Shown one piece after another: positions 1 through 8,611 of a DNA stretch of 18,211 nucleotides (position 1 is the stretch's first letter; each line of letters begins with the position of its first letter). A program made the translations under genes and the position numbers. The stretch spans positions 1 to 18,211 of the forward strand of contig JBHHTW010000038.1 of assembly GCA_046861385.1 (NCBI GenBank), given 5' to 3'. Source of the DNA: Fidelibacterota bacterium (GTDB taxonomy: Bacteria > Fidelibacterota > Marinisomatia > Marinisomatales > TCS55). The notes beneath the pieces are model-generated. The model saw only the letters and a list, made by a program, of their open reading frames with translations. It had not been told where the DNA came from and did no database searches.

Positions 1-384
1 ATCCTGTTTGGTGGCAAAGGGCGGGTCAATATAGATGAGTTTGATTTTATTTTTGGTTTTGTAAATGTTTGGTCCTTGTTGATCTTCGTAAATGGCTTTC
101 AGTGCCAGAAGGTTGTCCCCAAAAATGAGCATATTCGACCAGTCGTCATCAAAAGGATTATCGCTGTTAAATGACCTTACTTTCTGTAATGGTGCTGATG
201 GAGTATTGGCAATAATGTCTTCTTTTCGTGCTTTGCCTTTATAAACCAGTTTGTAATCTTTCGTGGCTTCAATGAATTCAGTATCATCCGAAGCAAACAA
301 TTTTGATTTATAAACAGAAGGGAGGGGTTTTCCCGCTTCAATCAGTTCAATGATTTTCTTTTTATCGTTTTTGTTTAGTTTCAA
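1..384 (-). CDS. Site-specific DNA adenine methyltransferase, type III Mod-like (beta class), 5' portion; runs off left edge
   Basis: Not in the ORF track. Manual translation from TTG at 384: MKLNKNDKKKIIELIEAGKPLPSVYK...WSNMLIFGDNLLALKAIY...KNKIKLIYIDPPFATKQD. The LIFGDNL and KIKLIYIDPPF (motif IV) segments are typical of N6-MTase/Mod subunits. The frame is open to position 1. Confidence 0.88.
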   Translation of the reverse strand, partial: MKLNKNDKKKIIELIEAGKPLPSVYKSKLFASDDTEFIEATKDYKLVYKGKARKEDIIANTPSAPLQKVRSFNSDNPFDDDWSNMLIFGDNLLALKAIYEDQQGPNIYKTKNKIKLIYIDPPFATKQD

Positions 385-731
385 TTTTCTCTTTTACCCA
401 CAATTTCTATATATCAAAATACACATTTTGGTGCGCTCTTTACATCTTATAGATTGGTATTATCATTTATTTTCAAAGTGCTTTAGAACTATGTCAATAT
501 GCGGAAAATTTTGACTCATATCACCCTTATAGCAAGTAAATTTTGACCACCTATTATGATATTACGTTTGGAGTCTGGAAAAATTATATGTACTTTTCCA
601 TGTATTGTAAAATTGATAAAGTTAGTATAGTCTATTAACATATTTCAGAGGTGAAATTATTGAATTAGCAGACCAATCTCAACCAATATTTGATCCTCAG
701 CTATTATTGAAACTTTTGGATCGACTATGTA

Positions 732-755
732 CAATGGATTCTATAGAATCCATTG
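732..755. repeat. Perfect 24-bp palindrome CAATGGATTCTA/TAGAATCCATTG
   Basis: Self-complementary on direct reading; lies 2 nt beyond the stop codon of the 758..949 ORF. Confidence 0.9.
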
Positions 756-757
756 GT

Positions 758-949
758 CTACTTTCCGGATAGGCGCTGTAAATTTCTGATAATCCCCAAG
801 ATACCGCCAATAATAAAAAATAATGCTGCAAGTTTTAAATTGCTGCTGTTTAATTCAACACTGGCAAAATATAATGCTATTGCAGCTACCGTATAAAAAA
901 CAAACCGGCTTATCCTTACCACACTAAAATCGTTAAAATCTTTGCTCAT
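758..949 (-). CDS. Small hypothetical membrane protein (63 aa, two predicted TM helices)
   Basis: GAGGA Shine-Dalgarno just upstream of ATG; two hydrophobic stretches (FVFYTVAAIALYFA; LAALFFIIGGILGII); basic C-terminus. Confidence 0.75.
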   Translation of the reverse strand: MSKDFNDFSVVRISRFVFYTVAAIALYFASVELNSSNLKLAALFFIIGGILGIIRNLQRLSGK

Positions 950-980
950 AAACTGTCCTCTTTTATTAAATTGTTGGCAG

Positions 981-989
981 TGAAATTTA
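981..989 (-). promoter_or_regulatory. Putative promoter -10/-7-like element TAAATTTCA upstream of the 63-aa gene
   Basis: The same motif recurs upstream of other minus-strand genes (2829-2837, 13228-13236; variant TAAATTCA at 16769-16776). Confidence 0.4.
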
Positions 990-1060
990 TAACGATTTTG
1001 GAAATATTTTTATGTGTTTTAATAAATTAACTTCAGTTGACCAAAACACCTATTCTCTTC

Positions 1061-1151
1061 CATTTTCCATGCTACATCTTCCCTGCCTGACCGGCAGGCA
1101 GGCATCTTCCATAATACATCTTTCATCTTCCATGCACTAACTTCCATTTTA
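1061..1151. repeat. Degenerate heptamer tandem array (consensus CATCTTC) interrupted by a 21-bp palindrome
   Basis: cattttc catgcta catcttc [1082-1102] catcttc cataata catcttt catcttc catgcac taacttc catttta. Confidence 0.8.
1082..1102. repeat. 21-bp GC-rich REP-like palindrome CCTGCCTG-ACCGG-CAGGCAGG
   Basis: Perfect 8-bp stem with 5-nt loop, flanked on both sides by CATCTTC. Confidence 0.8.
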
Positions 1152-1158
1152 CCATTCA

Positions 1159-1800
1159 CTACTCACCAGCAACCAATAACCAGTTGTCGAAGACAATTTT
1201 AATCACATCCCACCGATGCCCTCTTCTCTGTAAATATGCCAACAATCTGTTCCGATCTCTTGGAGATATTTTTTCTCCCGGTCGGATATTGCGTTTTGTC
1301 ATCAATCGCTCAACTAATTCTTCTTCAGGAGTTTCTTTATAAGCTTGTTGTAATAATTTTTCAACCAGTTCACTATCTAATCTGTGGGGAATCAATTCAC
1401 GGCGCAGGGCAATGGGCCCCAATAATCGGGAATGGATTTTGTCGTTAATAAATGCCTGAGCAAACAATTCATCATTTATAAATTTTTTCTCTTCCAATTT
1501 CTGTATAACATTGTCAATTGCTCCTGATTCATACCCTTTTTCAGATAATCGTTTTTTCAACTCCGCTTTACTGCGCATGCGATAGTTCAGCAGGGAAATG
1601 GCAGCATGAAATGCCTGATGATCATTTTCTTTTGATTCCAGTTCTAATAAGTACTTTTCATCTATTTCAGATCCGACTTCCAATCCTGTGGAAACAAAAA
1701 CGTCTTCGGAAATCCCAAAGACGCTTTGATCATCAAAAATTAATAACCGCTTGGATCTTTTTTTACCCTTCCTTTTTATGACTACTATTTTACGATTCAG
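1159..1800 (-). CDS. recX: Regulatory protein RecX (long form); start may be CTG at 1800 or ATG at 1827
   Basis: [40 protein letters not shown] and YLQRRGH motifs; directly downstream of recA. AAGGAGG lies 6 nt before the in-frame CTG at 1800. Confidence 0.9.
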   Translation of the reverse strand: MNRKIVVIKRKGKKRSKRLLIFDDQSVFGISEDVFVSTGLEVGSEIDEKYLLELESKENDHQAFHAAISLLNYRMRSKAELKKRLSEKGYESGAIDNVIQKLEEKKFINDELFAQAFINDKIHSRLLGPIALRRELIPHRLDSELVEKLLQQAYKETPEEELVERLMTKRNIRPGEKISPRDRNRLLAYLQRRGHRWDVIKIVFDNWLLVAGE

Positions 1801-2809
1801 CGTTTTCCTCCTTACTATCCATACCAACGAATGATTTTACATCAGATACAACTTTATCCAGAACATCTTGATTATCTTTAAGAAATGATTTTGCATTCTC
1901 TCTCCCCTGTCCAATTTTCGTATCATCGTACGAATACCAAGCACCGGTTTTTTGAATAATATCTCCTTCAACAGCTAAATCGACGATATCACCTATATAT
2001 GAAATCCCTTCTCCATACATGATATCAAATTCAGTCTGTTTAAAGGGCGGCGCTACTTTATTCTTTACTACTTTTACACGAACCCTGGACCCAATGGAAT
2101 TCGTACCATCTTTTATTGTAGTGACTCTTCGAATCTCTAATCTCATGGAAGAATAAAATTTCAATGCCCGACCGCCGGTGGTTGTCTCCGGATTCCCAAA
2201 CATGACGCCGATCTTTTCTCTGATTTGATTAATAAAAATGACTGTTGTTTGCGTCTTTTTTACCGTACCGGTTAATTTCCTCAAAGCCTGGGACATAAGT
2301 CTTGCGTGCAGACCCATAAATGAATCACCCATTTCACCGTCTAACTCCGATTTGGGAACCAGTGCTGCAACAGAGTCCACCACGATGACTTCAAGAGAAT
2401 TACTGCGAATTAACGTATCCACAATCGAAAGTGCTTGTTCACCGAAAGAAGGTTGAGATACGATCAATTCTGTTGTATCTACTCCCAGTTTTTTCATGTA
2501 TTCAGTATCAAGGGCATGTTCCATATCGATAAATGCTGCATAGCCTCCAGCCTTTTGAGCCTCGGCTACAATATGTAAGGCAAGGGTTGTTTTCCCGGAA
2601 GATTCTGGTCCAAATATTTCTATAACCCTGCCTTTTGGAATCCCACCTATTCCCAGGGCGATATCCAGCGATAAACACCCGGTTGAAATAACATTATCTC
2701 TCAACTTCATGTTATTACTTTCAAGTTGAATAAATAATTCTTCCCCTCGATATTGTTTTTCAAGTTGTGCTTTTGCCAGTTCTAATGCTTTGGATTTTTT
2801 ATCGTCCAT
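1790..2809 (-). CDS. recA: Recombinase RecA
   Basis: Walker [69 protein letters not shown]. Confidence 0.99.
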   Translation of the reverse strand: MDDKKSKALELAKAQLEKQYRGEELFIQLESNNMKLRDNVISTGCLSLDIALGIGGIPKGRVIEIFGPESSGKTTLALHIVAEAQKAGGYAAFIDMEHALDTEYMKKLGVDTTELIVSQPSFGEQALSIVDTLIRSNSLEVIVVDSVAALVPKSELDGEMGDSFMGLHARLMSQALRKLTGTVKKTQTTVIFINQIREKIGVMFGNPETTTGGRALKFYSSMRLEIRRVTTIKDGTNSIGSRVRVKVVKNKVAPPFKQTEFDIMYGEGISYIGDIVDLAVEGDIIQKTGAWYSYDDTKIGQGRENAKSFLKDNQDVLDKVVSDVKSFVGMDSKEENAES

Positions 2810-2834
2810 AAATACTATACTCCATTGTTGAAAT

Positions 2835-3404
2835 TTATCCTAAAAAGTGAGTGCCTAAAATAGTATATACTGAACCTTTATGAAAGAGTTCACTATTCAT
2901 AAGATGAATTTTATTCATCGGAAACTTGATTGGGTGATAATCATATTTTAAAAATTCGGAAATATCCGGTGTTATCTTCTGCGGATATTTAATCCTCGCT
3001 AAAGTGAGATGTGGTATATACTCCTTCTCCTCCTTTGGATATCCTAATGGGTCCAATGCATCATTTATTTTGCGAACCAGTTCCTGTAATGGTGCCAAAT
3101 TTCCATGGACTCCTAACCATAATATACGAGGACGCTGTGGTTTAGGAAAACATCCGGAGCCATTGATCATAAAATTCATTGTGGAAGTATTTTCTATGAT
3201 ATTAACAATGGTTGAATTGATTTTCTTCACTTCGTCTTCCGGTGTATCACCAATAAATTTCAATGTTAGATGAATATTCCCATCTTTTACCCAGCTAATT
3301 CTCGCTTTTTTTTCTACGATGGTTGACTTCAGATTATTCTGAAGGACGGTGATTTCCTCTGGTACCGGAATTGATAAAAATGTTCGTAATAATCTTTTAC
3401 TCAT
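2835..3404 (-). CDS. thpR: RNA 2',3'-cyclic phosphodiesterase (2H family, LigT/ThpR)
   Basis: Two HxT motifs ([18 protein letters not shown]), RTFLSI start and PRILWLG; canonical position between cinA and recA. Confidence 0.93.
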   Translation of the reverse strand: MSKRLLRTFLSIPVPEEITVLQNNLKSTIVEKKARISWVKDGNIHLTLKFIGDTPEDEVKKINSTIVNIIENTSTMNFMINGSGCFPKPQRPRILWLGVHGNLAPLQELVRKINDALDPLGYPKEEKEYIPHLTLARIKYPQKITPDISEFLKYDYHPIKFPMNKIHLMNSELFHKGSVYTILGTHFLG

Positions 3405-3432
3405 TGATTAATTGTTTTTTCCATTTATTCTT

Positions 3433-3462
3433 AGTCGTACAGACATTCTTGTCTGTACGACT
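3433..3462. repeat. REP-like hairpin AGTCGTACAGACA-TTCT-TGTCTGTACGACT
   Basis: Perfect 13-bp inverted repeat with 4-nt loop in the cinA-thpR spacer. Confidence 0.85.
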
Positions 3463-3470
3463 GCAGACAG

Positions 3471-3512
3471 CCTGCCCGCCCCCTATAATATTCTTCAAAT
3501 GTGGCAGGCGGG
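3471..3512 (-). repeat. 42-bp imperfect palindromic element, copy 1
   Basis: Reverse complement CCCGCCTGCCAC-N17-GGGGGCGGGCAGG has arms identical to those of 8570-8611. Confidence 0.85.
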
Positions 3513-3583
3513 GAATGTCACTTCTAAAAGAACCGTAATTTAAAGGTGGTATGAGCATAATTAATGAATTGTTCTTCATTATA

Positions 3584-4804
3584 TTAACGAGACATTAAAT
3601 ACAATCTTACCATGTTTAATGCTGCCTGGCTGCTGGCATGTTTATTTAGACCTCTATCGTTGATAAAATGAAATTCTTTTACCTGTGTGTGACTACCATC
3701 TGCCAATGCAATGTAGACTAACCCAACCGGTTTTTCTTTTGTACCACCTGTTGGACCAGCAATTCCTGTTACAGATAAACCCAAATTAGATTTCAACACT
3801 TGGCGAACATTCTCCGCCATCTGAATAGCTGTTTCACCACTGACGGCGCCAAATTTTTCCAATGTACTGTGATCAACATTCAAGGTCTGTTCTTTTACAT
3901 CATTACTGTAAGAGATAATTCCACCCACATAATACGAAGAACTACCCGAAACACCCGTAATTCTGTGACCAATTAATCCTCCCGTGCATGATTCAGCAGT
4001 GGCAATTGTCAATTTTTTTTCCTCCAACATGTTTCCCACGGTTTCTTCCAGCTTTTCGTCATCGAAACCGTAAATATATTTTCCAGCACATAATTGTATC
4101 CGTTTTGTCAATTTGTTGACATCCTTTTCATTATAACCGGACATACGTACGTCCACACCTATAAACTGCGGTAAAAATGCGATGCGAATGCTGTGGGGAA
4201 TTGAGTTCAGAATTTCAGATAATTTTTCTGCCAATGCAGATTCCATAATCCCGGTTGTGCGTACAGTTCGGACAAATAATTCCTTGTTACTATTCTCTCT
4301 GATAAATGGAAGAATGGAGGATTTCATCATCGTTCTCATTTCTCTGGGAACACCAGGCAGAGCAAATAAATGTTTCTCATTAACAACGAAATGAAGCCCC
4401 CTGGCGGACCCAATCGGATTATCAATACTTTCTCCTTTTTGAGGTCTCATCGCTTGGTTTTTATTTAATTCAGGAATATCAATATTTCGTAAAGACAACC
4501 GATATTTAATATCATTCCAATATTTCTGATCAAAAACAGGAGTATCACCGGAAAATTCATAAAGCGTGTCAGCGGTTATATCATCGTGGGTTGGACCCAA
4601 GCCCCCGGTAATGATCCCTATCTCACAGTCTGTTGGAATAGTCGCCAATGCTTGAAGAATATCTTTTCTCTCATCCCCAATGGTTTGATGCCATGTCAAA
4701 CGGCCGCCTGCTTTTGAAAGTTCTCTGCCAATCCATGAAGCATTCGTATCAACAGTAAATCCTGCTAATAGTTCATTCCCGATGGTTATTAATGCAATAT
4801 TCAT
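3584..4804 (-). CDS. cinA: Competence/damage-inducible protein CinA (MoCF-like domain + PncC NMN deamidase)
   Basis: ITIGNELLAGFTVDTNA, TGGLGPTHDDIT, LPGVPREM, TAESCTGG, GAVS, TGIAGPTGG. Confidence 0.96.
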   Translation of the reverse strand: MNIALITIGNELLAGFTVDTNASWIGRELSKAGGRLTWHQTIGDERKDILQALATIPTDCEIGIITGGLGPTHDDITADTLYEFSGDTPVFDQKYWNDIKYRLSLRNIDIPELNKNQAMRPQKGESIDNPIGSARGLHFVVNEKHLFALPGVPREMRTMMKSSILPFIRENSNKELFVRTVRTTGIMESALAEKLSEILNSIPHSIRIAFLPQFIGVDVRMSGYNEKDVNKLTKRIQLCAGKYIYGFDDEKLEETVGNMLEEKKLTIATAESCTGGLIGHRITGVSGSSSYYVGGIISYSNDVKEQTLNVDHSTLEKFGAVSGETAIQMAENVRQVLKSNLGLSVTGIAGPTGGTKEKPVGLVYIALADGSHTQVKEFHFINDRGLNKHASSQAALNMVRLYLMSR

Positions 4805-5250
4805 GAAAATAAAATAAATCCGTTTAAAATAATGCAGGTCAATATTCCTGCTGCAACATCATCCAGCATTACTCCCCAACCGCCCGGTAATTTTTCCAAT
4901 TGTTTAATTGGTGGTGGTTTTAAAATGTCAAAAACGCGAAAAAGAACAAATGCTGCAATTCCATATCCTAATGTATGGGGGAGTGCAATCAAGGCGAACC
5001 ACTGCCCTGCCAGTTCATCTATGACCACTTCGGACGGATCATTTTTCCCAGTGGTTTGAATCACAACATTAGACGTCTTGACTCCGATGAAAAAGGTGAA
5101 TATTGAAACAATGACCAAAAAGATTGGTGAAATGTCCATCATAAAGATATACCAAACGAGAAAAGCAGCAAGGCTTGCCCATGTTCCCGGAGCTAAAGGT
5201 AAATATCCTATCCTGAAACCGGTTGCAATCCAGCTGGAAATGGTATTCAT
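4801..5250 (-). CDS. pgpA: Phosphatidylglycerophosphatase A
   Basis: GYLPLAPGTWAS, DPSEVVIDELAG, FRVFDILKPPPI, GGWGVMLDDVAAG; ATGA overlap with cinA. Confidence 0.96.
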   Translation of the reverse strand: MNTISSWIATGFRIGYLPLAPGTWASLAAFLVWYIFMMDISPIFLVIVSIFTFFIGVKTSNVVIQTTGKNDPSEVVIDELAGQWFALIALPHTLGYGIAAFVLFRVFDILKPPPIKQLEKLPGGWGVMLDDVAAGILTCIILNGFILFS

Positions 5251-5260
5251 TTTCTATTTA

Positions 5261-5848
5261 TTAAGAAAGAAAATGTCGTATAGATGAACGGTTTTCGTAA
5301 ATATATGAAATACCGGTGAATACCGTGAACAAGGTTACAATAAAAGTCAAATTGTAAATTAGGTCATATTCATTGGTAATGGCAACTATATCAGAAAACC
5401 AGCTATACCGTAACTTACCGAGCCCCAAGTAAAGGAGTATAGTAACAATAATAACAATTTGAAATGACGTTTTGGTTTTGGCAATCTTACTGGTAACCAT
5501 GCTGAAACCTTTATTACTCATAACCATTCTCAACCCTGTTACAAACATATCTCTGAAAATGATCAGCGCGACCATCCAATAGGGGATTACTTCCAACACA
5601 GCAAAAGAAATTAGTGCAGAAGAAACAAGTATCTTATCTGCCAGGGGATCTAAAAACTGCCCATGCTCAGTTACCTGATTATGTTTTCTGGCATAATACC
5701 CGTCGAATGCATCGGTAATGGAAGCAACCAGAAAAATGATGAGCGCCCAGAGTTTTGCATATGGATGATCATAGAAAAGAAAAATAATAAAGAATGGAGT
5801 TAACGCGATTCGTATCAGTGTCAGTGAATTGGGGAGATTTAATTTCAT
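5261..5848 (-). CDS. pgsA: CDP-diacylglycerol--glycerol-3-phosphate 3-phosphatidyltransferase
   Basis: NLPNSLTLIR; CDP-alcohol phosphotransferase motif DAFDGYYAR...GQFLDPLADK; ATGA overlap with recR. Confidence 0.95.
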   Translation of the reverse strand: MKLNLPNSLTLIRIALTPFFIIFLFYDHPYAKLWALIIFLVASITDAFDGYYARKHNQVTEHGQFLDPLADKILVSSALISFAVLEVIPYWMVALIIFRDMFVTGLRMVMSNKGFSMVTSKIAKTKTSFQIVIIVTILLYLGLGKLRYSWFSDIVAITNEYDLIYNLTFIVTLFTVFTGISYIYENRSSIRHFLS

Positions 5849-6438
5849 AATACCACTCGACCTTCAATGGCACGGATCAACGTTGCTTCATCAATATATT
5901 CCAACGCACCCCCGACAGGAAGACCTCGAGCTAATCGAGTGGATTTGATCCCCTTTTCTTTCAACAATTTGCTAATGTAGAGAGCAGTCGCTTCGCCTTC
6001 CACACTGGCATTAGTTGCTAAAATCACTTCCATATCATTATGAACACGATCCATGAGCCGATTGATACTCAAATCATCAGGACCAATACCGTCAAGTGGG
6101 GATAAAACACCCCCAAGGACATGATATTTCCCACGGAAACTATTGGTTTTTTCAAAAGCATAAATATCGCTTGGCTCTTCGATAATACACAATAAATCAT
6201 CCTGGCGTTTTGAATCGGAGCAAATACTGCACGGATCCTCTTCTGTAATACCACCGCATAATGAGCAAGATAAAATATTCGTTTTTACATCCATAACCGA
6301 CTGGGCTAATCGTACCGCTTCCTCATTATTGGATTTTAAAATATGAAATGCCATCCTCTGTGCCGTTTTTTTTCCAATTCCTGGAAAGCGGGAAAATGCA
6401 TCAATTAATTTTTCTACGGATGTCGGTATAAATCCCAT
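5845..6438 (-). CDS. recR: Recombination mediator RecR
   Basis: PGIGKKTAQR HhH, CSLC...CSIC zinc finger, YHVLGGVLSPLDGIGP, ATNASVEGEATA Toprim. Confidence 0.97.
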   Translation of the reverse strand: MGFIPTSVEKLIDAFSRFPGIGKKTAQRMAFHILKSNNEEAVRLAQSVMDVKTNILSCSLCGGITEEDPCSICSDSKRQDDLLCIIEEPSDIYAFEKTNSFRGKYHVLGGVLSPLDGIGPDDLSINRLMDRVHNDMEVILATNASVEGEATALYISKLLKEKGIKSTRLARGLPVGGALEYIDEATLIRAIEGRVVL

Positions 6439-6439
6439 T

Positions 6440-6763
6440 CTACATTCCCGGTAAATTAAGCCCGCCTAATAATTTTCCCGTCACTGCTTCCATTCGGGAT
6501 GCAGCTTCATCCTGTGCCTTTTTCAATGCTTTTTTCATTGTCGTCAAAATAATATCTTCTAGAACATCTTTCTCTTCGGTCATTGCTTCATCAGAAAGTT
6601 TTACATCCAATATTTCCAATTTACCATTCAATTTTATCGTCACCATATCAGCCGTAGATTCTTCAATAATCACATCTTTTAATCCTTCCTGAACATTGCC
6701 CATTTTGGACTGCATTGCCTGGGCTTGCTTTAACATTTTTCCCATATTTCCCTTATTGAACAT
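6440..6763 (-). CDS. ybaB: YbaB/EbfC nucleoid-associated protein
   Basis: MGKMLKQAQAMQ...LEDIIL...GLNLPGM; conserved dnaX-ybaB-recR order. Confidence 0.92.
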   Translation of the reverse strand: MFNKGNMGKMLKQAQAMQSKMGNVQEGLKDVIIEESTADMVTIKLNGKLEILDVKLSDEAMTEEKDVLEDIILTTMKKALKKAQDEAASRMEAVTGKLLGGLNLPGM

Positions 6764-6772
6764 TCTAATTCC

Positions 6773-8476
6773 TTATCTTAATATTTCACCATCAAAAAGT
6801 TCAATAACTCTAGTGATAACCGGATCACCCTTTATTGGGACTCTTGGTGTGTTTGGTAATTCGTGTTTGATATCTTCCGAAGTATCCTGGTTTAATAAAA
6901 ACGTTATCCTCATGGGTTTTTTAAAAATATCTTCAAATACTTTTTCGATTAATAATTTGTTTCTCTCCAATCGGTCAAAACTGAATTTTGGTTGATCAAA
7001 TACAGCAACGTCTAATTTTCTATTATTTAAGTCAATGGGTAACGATTGTTCCAAAACCATTGCAACGGATGTTTTAATCTTTCCGATTTTATCTACCAGC
7101 TTAATCCAATTGGATTTGATTTCTTCAAGGCTAATAGAATTATTTGATTCCTTGGGTTCTTTTTTCTCCTGTTTAGAAATAGTCTCCGAATGGTTATCCA
7201 ACCGTTTTTCTTTAAGAATTTTATCTTCCTGACTTATGCTCTCTTTCTTTTCATTAATGTGCTTTATCGTATTTGAATGAGATTCAGAAATATCCGTTTT
7301 TGGAGAACTTTCTTCCGGAACCGGGTATGAGAATTTTTGAACTTTTTTATATCCGGTGTCAGATGACAAGAGTTGTTCAATAGAAACAGATTTGTCCATC
7401 TCCAACAGTTTGAGCAGATTCAATTCAAACATAATTTGAGGTTGTGAGGCTCTTCTGATCTCCGGTTCCATTTTGCTAAAAACGTGGGAAATGCGCAATA
7501 AATCCCGTCGTTCCCATCCTTGGGCATCATTTCGATACCTTTCTTGCAGTTCTGAGTTCATTTCCAAAGTGGATGAGGTACCTTTCACCGTGCATATTAA
7601 AAGATTACGTAAATGCTGATTGAATCCGTTCACAACATCCTCTAAAGGTGTTCCCAAAAGTCGGATGTCCTTTAATACAGACACCATTTGTTCACCGTCT
7701 TTTTTATGAATCGCATCGGTAAGATTAAAAAACAACTCGTAGGGAATTAACCCGAGTACTTTTGATATTTCATTAAAAATAATCTTTTCCCCTGCGTACG
7801 AAATAACTTGATCCAGTAAACTCAGGGCATCCCGAACACTGCCATCTGCTTTTCGACTAATAGCCGAGACGGATTCCTCATCGTAATCAATGTATTCAGA
7901 CTTTAAAATACTTTTGAGTCTGTCAGAAATAATTGTTGAACTAATACGGTTGAAATCGAACCGCTGACAGCGAGAAATGATGGTTGGAGGCATTTTATGA
8001 ATATCCGTTGTACATAAAATAAATTTACCATGCTTTGGTGGTTCCTCGAGCGTGCGGAGCAATGCATTAAATGCCTGGTTTGTCAACATATGAACTTCAT
8101 CAATAATATATACTTTAAAATGGGCATTCATCGGTGGAAATTTAATATTTTCCCTTAAATGCCTTATTTCGTCAATTCCGCGATTCGATGCTCCATCAAT
8201 TTCCAAAACGTCCATATTACGGCTTTCAGTAATTTCTAAGCAGTTCGTGCAGGCATTACAGGGTTCATTATCAGTTGGATGTTGACAATTCATACGTTTC
8301 GCCATCAATCGGGCCATGGTTGTCTTCCCGACACCGCGAGGACCCGTAAAAATATAACCCTGAGCCAGACGATCCTTTAAGAAAGCATTTTTTAATGTCT
8401 GGGTCACATGGTCCTGTCCCACAACATCTTCAAATGTTTGCGGACGCCATTTTAACGATAGTACTTGATATGTCAT
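6773..8476 (-). CDS. dnaX: DNA polymerase III subunit gamma/tau
   Basis: KWRPQTFEDVVGQ, GPRGVGKTT, zinc-binding cysteines, IIDEVHML, LEEPP, SRCQRF, C-terminal ELFDGEI. Confidence 0.98.
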   Translation of the reverse strand: MTYQVLSLKWRPQTFEDVVGQDHVTQTLKNAFLKDRLAQGYIFTGPRGVGKTTMARLMAKRMNCQHPTDNEPCNACTNCLEITESRNMDVLEIDGASNRGIDEIRHLRENIKFPPMNAHFKVYIIDEVHMLTNQAFNALLRTLEEPPKHGKFILCTTDIHKMPPTIISRCQRFDFNRISSTIISDRLKSILKSEYIDYDEESVSAISRKADGSVRDALSLLDQVISYAGEKIIFNEISKVLGLIPYELFFNLTDAIHKKDGEQMVSVLKDIRLLGTPLEDVVNGFNQHLRNLLICTVKGTSSTLEMNSELQERYRNDAQGWERRDLLRISHVFSKMEPEIRRASQPQIMFELNLLKLLEMDKSVSIEQLLSSDTGYKKVQKFSYPVPEESSPKTDISESHSNTIKHINEKKESISQEDKILKEKRLDNHSETISKQEKKEPKESNNSISLEEIKSNWIKLVDKIGKIKTSVAMVLEQSLPIDLNNRKLDVAVFDQPKFSFDRLERNKLLIEKVFEDIFKKPMRITFLLNQDTSEDIKHELPNTPRVPIKGDPVITRVIELFDGEILR

Positions 8477-8569
8477 TTATTTAATTTTAATTAACCTTAT
8501 TGGTCCATCAGCTTCGAAAACAAGATTTTATTGGATTGCAGGTTTTAGAATTTTGTCGAAGATAAAACG

Positions 8570-8611
8570 CCCGCCTGCCACGATTGAAATGAATAAAAGG
8601 GGGCGGGCAGG
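8570..8611 (+). repeat. 42-bp imperfect palindromic element, copy 2
   Basis: CCCGCCTGCCAC-GATTGAAATGAATAAAA-GGGGGCGGGCAGG; 34/42 identical to the reverse complement of 3471-3512; embedded in TAAAACG-type tandem repeats. Confidence 0.85.

Noticed and set aside
516..641. 41-aa minus-strand ORF MLIDYTNFINF... upstream of the methyltransferase
   Set aside because: No clear SD, no HTH/C-protein resemblance; plausible by chance in AT-rich DNA.
732..949. Small ORF plus downstream palindrome as an integron cassette/attC site
   Set aside because: No RYYYAAC/GTTRRRY boxes or extrahelical bases, and no integrase.
1061..1151. CRISPR array
   Set aside because: Units are 7 nt with no spacers, and no cas genes are present.
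7159..7348. AAAAAAG runs in the dnaX linker (GAG AAA AAA GAA; TAT AAA AAA GTT) as a gamma/tau frameshift site
   Set aside because: They are not in the A_AAA_AAG phase needed for the E. coli-type -1 shift, and no clear downstream hairpin was seen.
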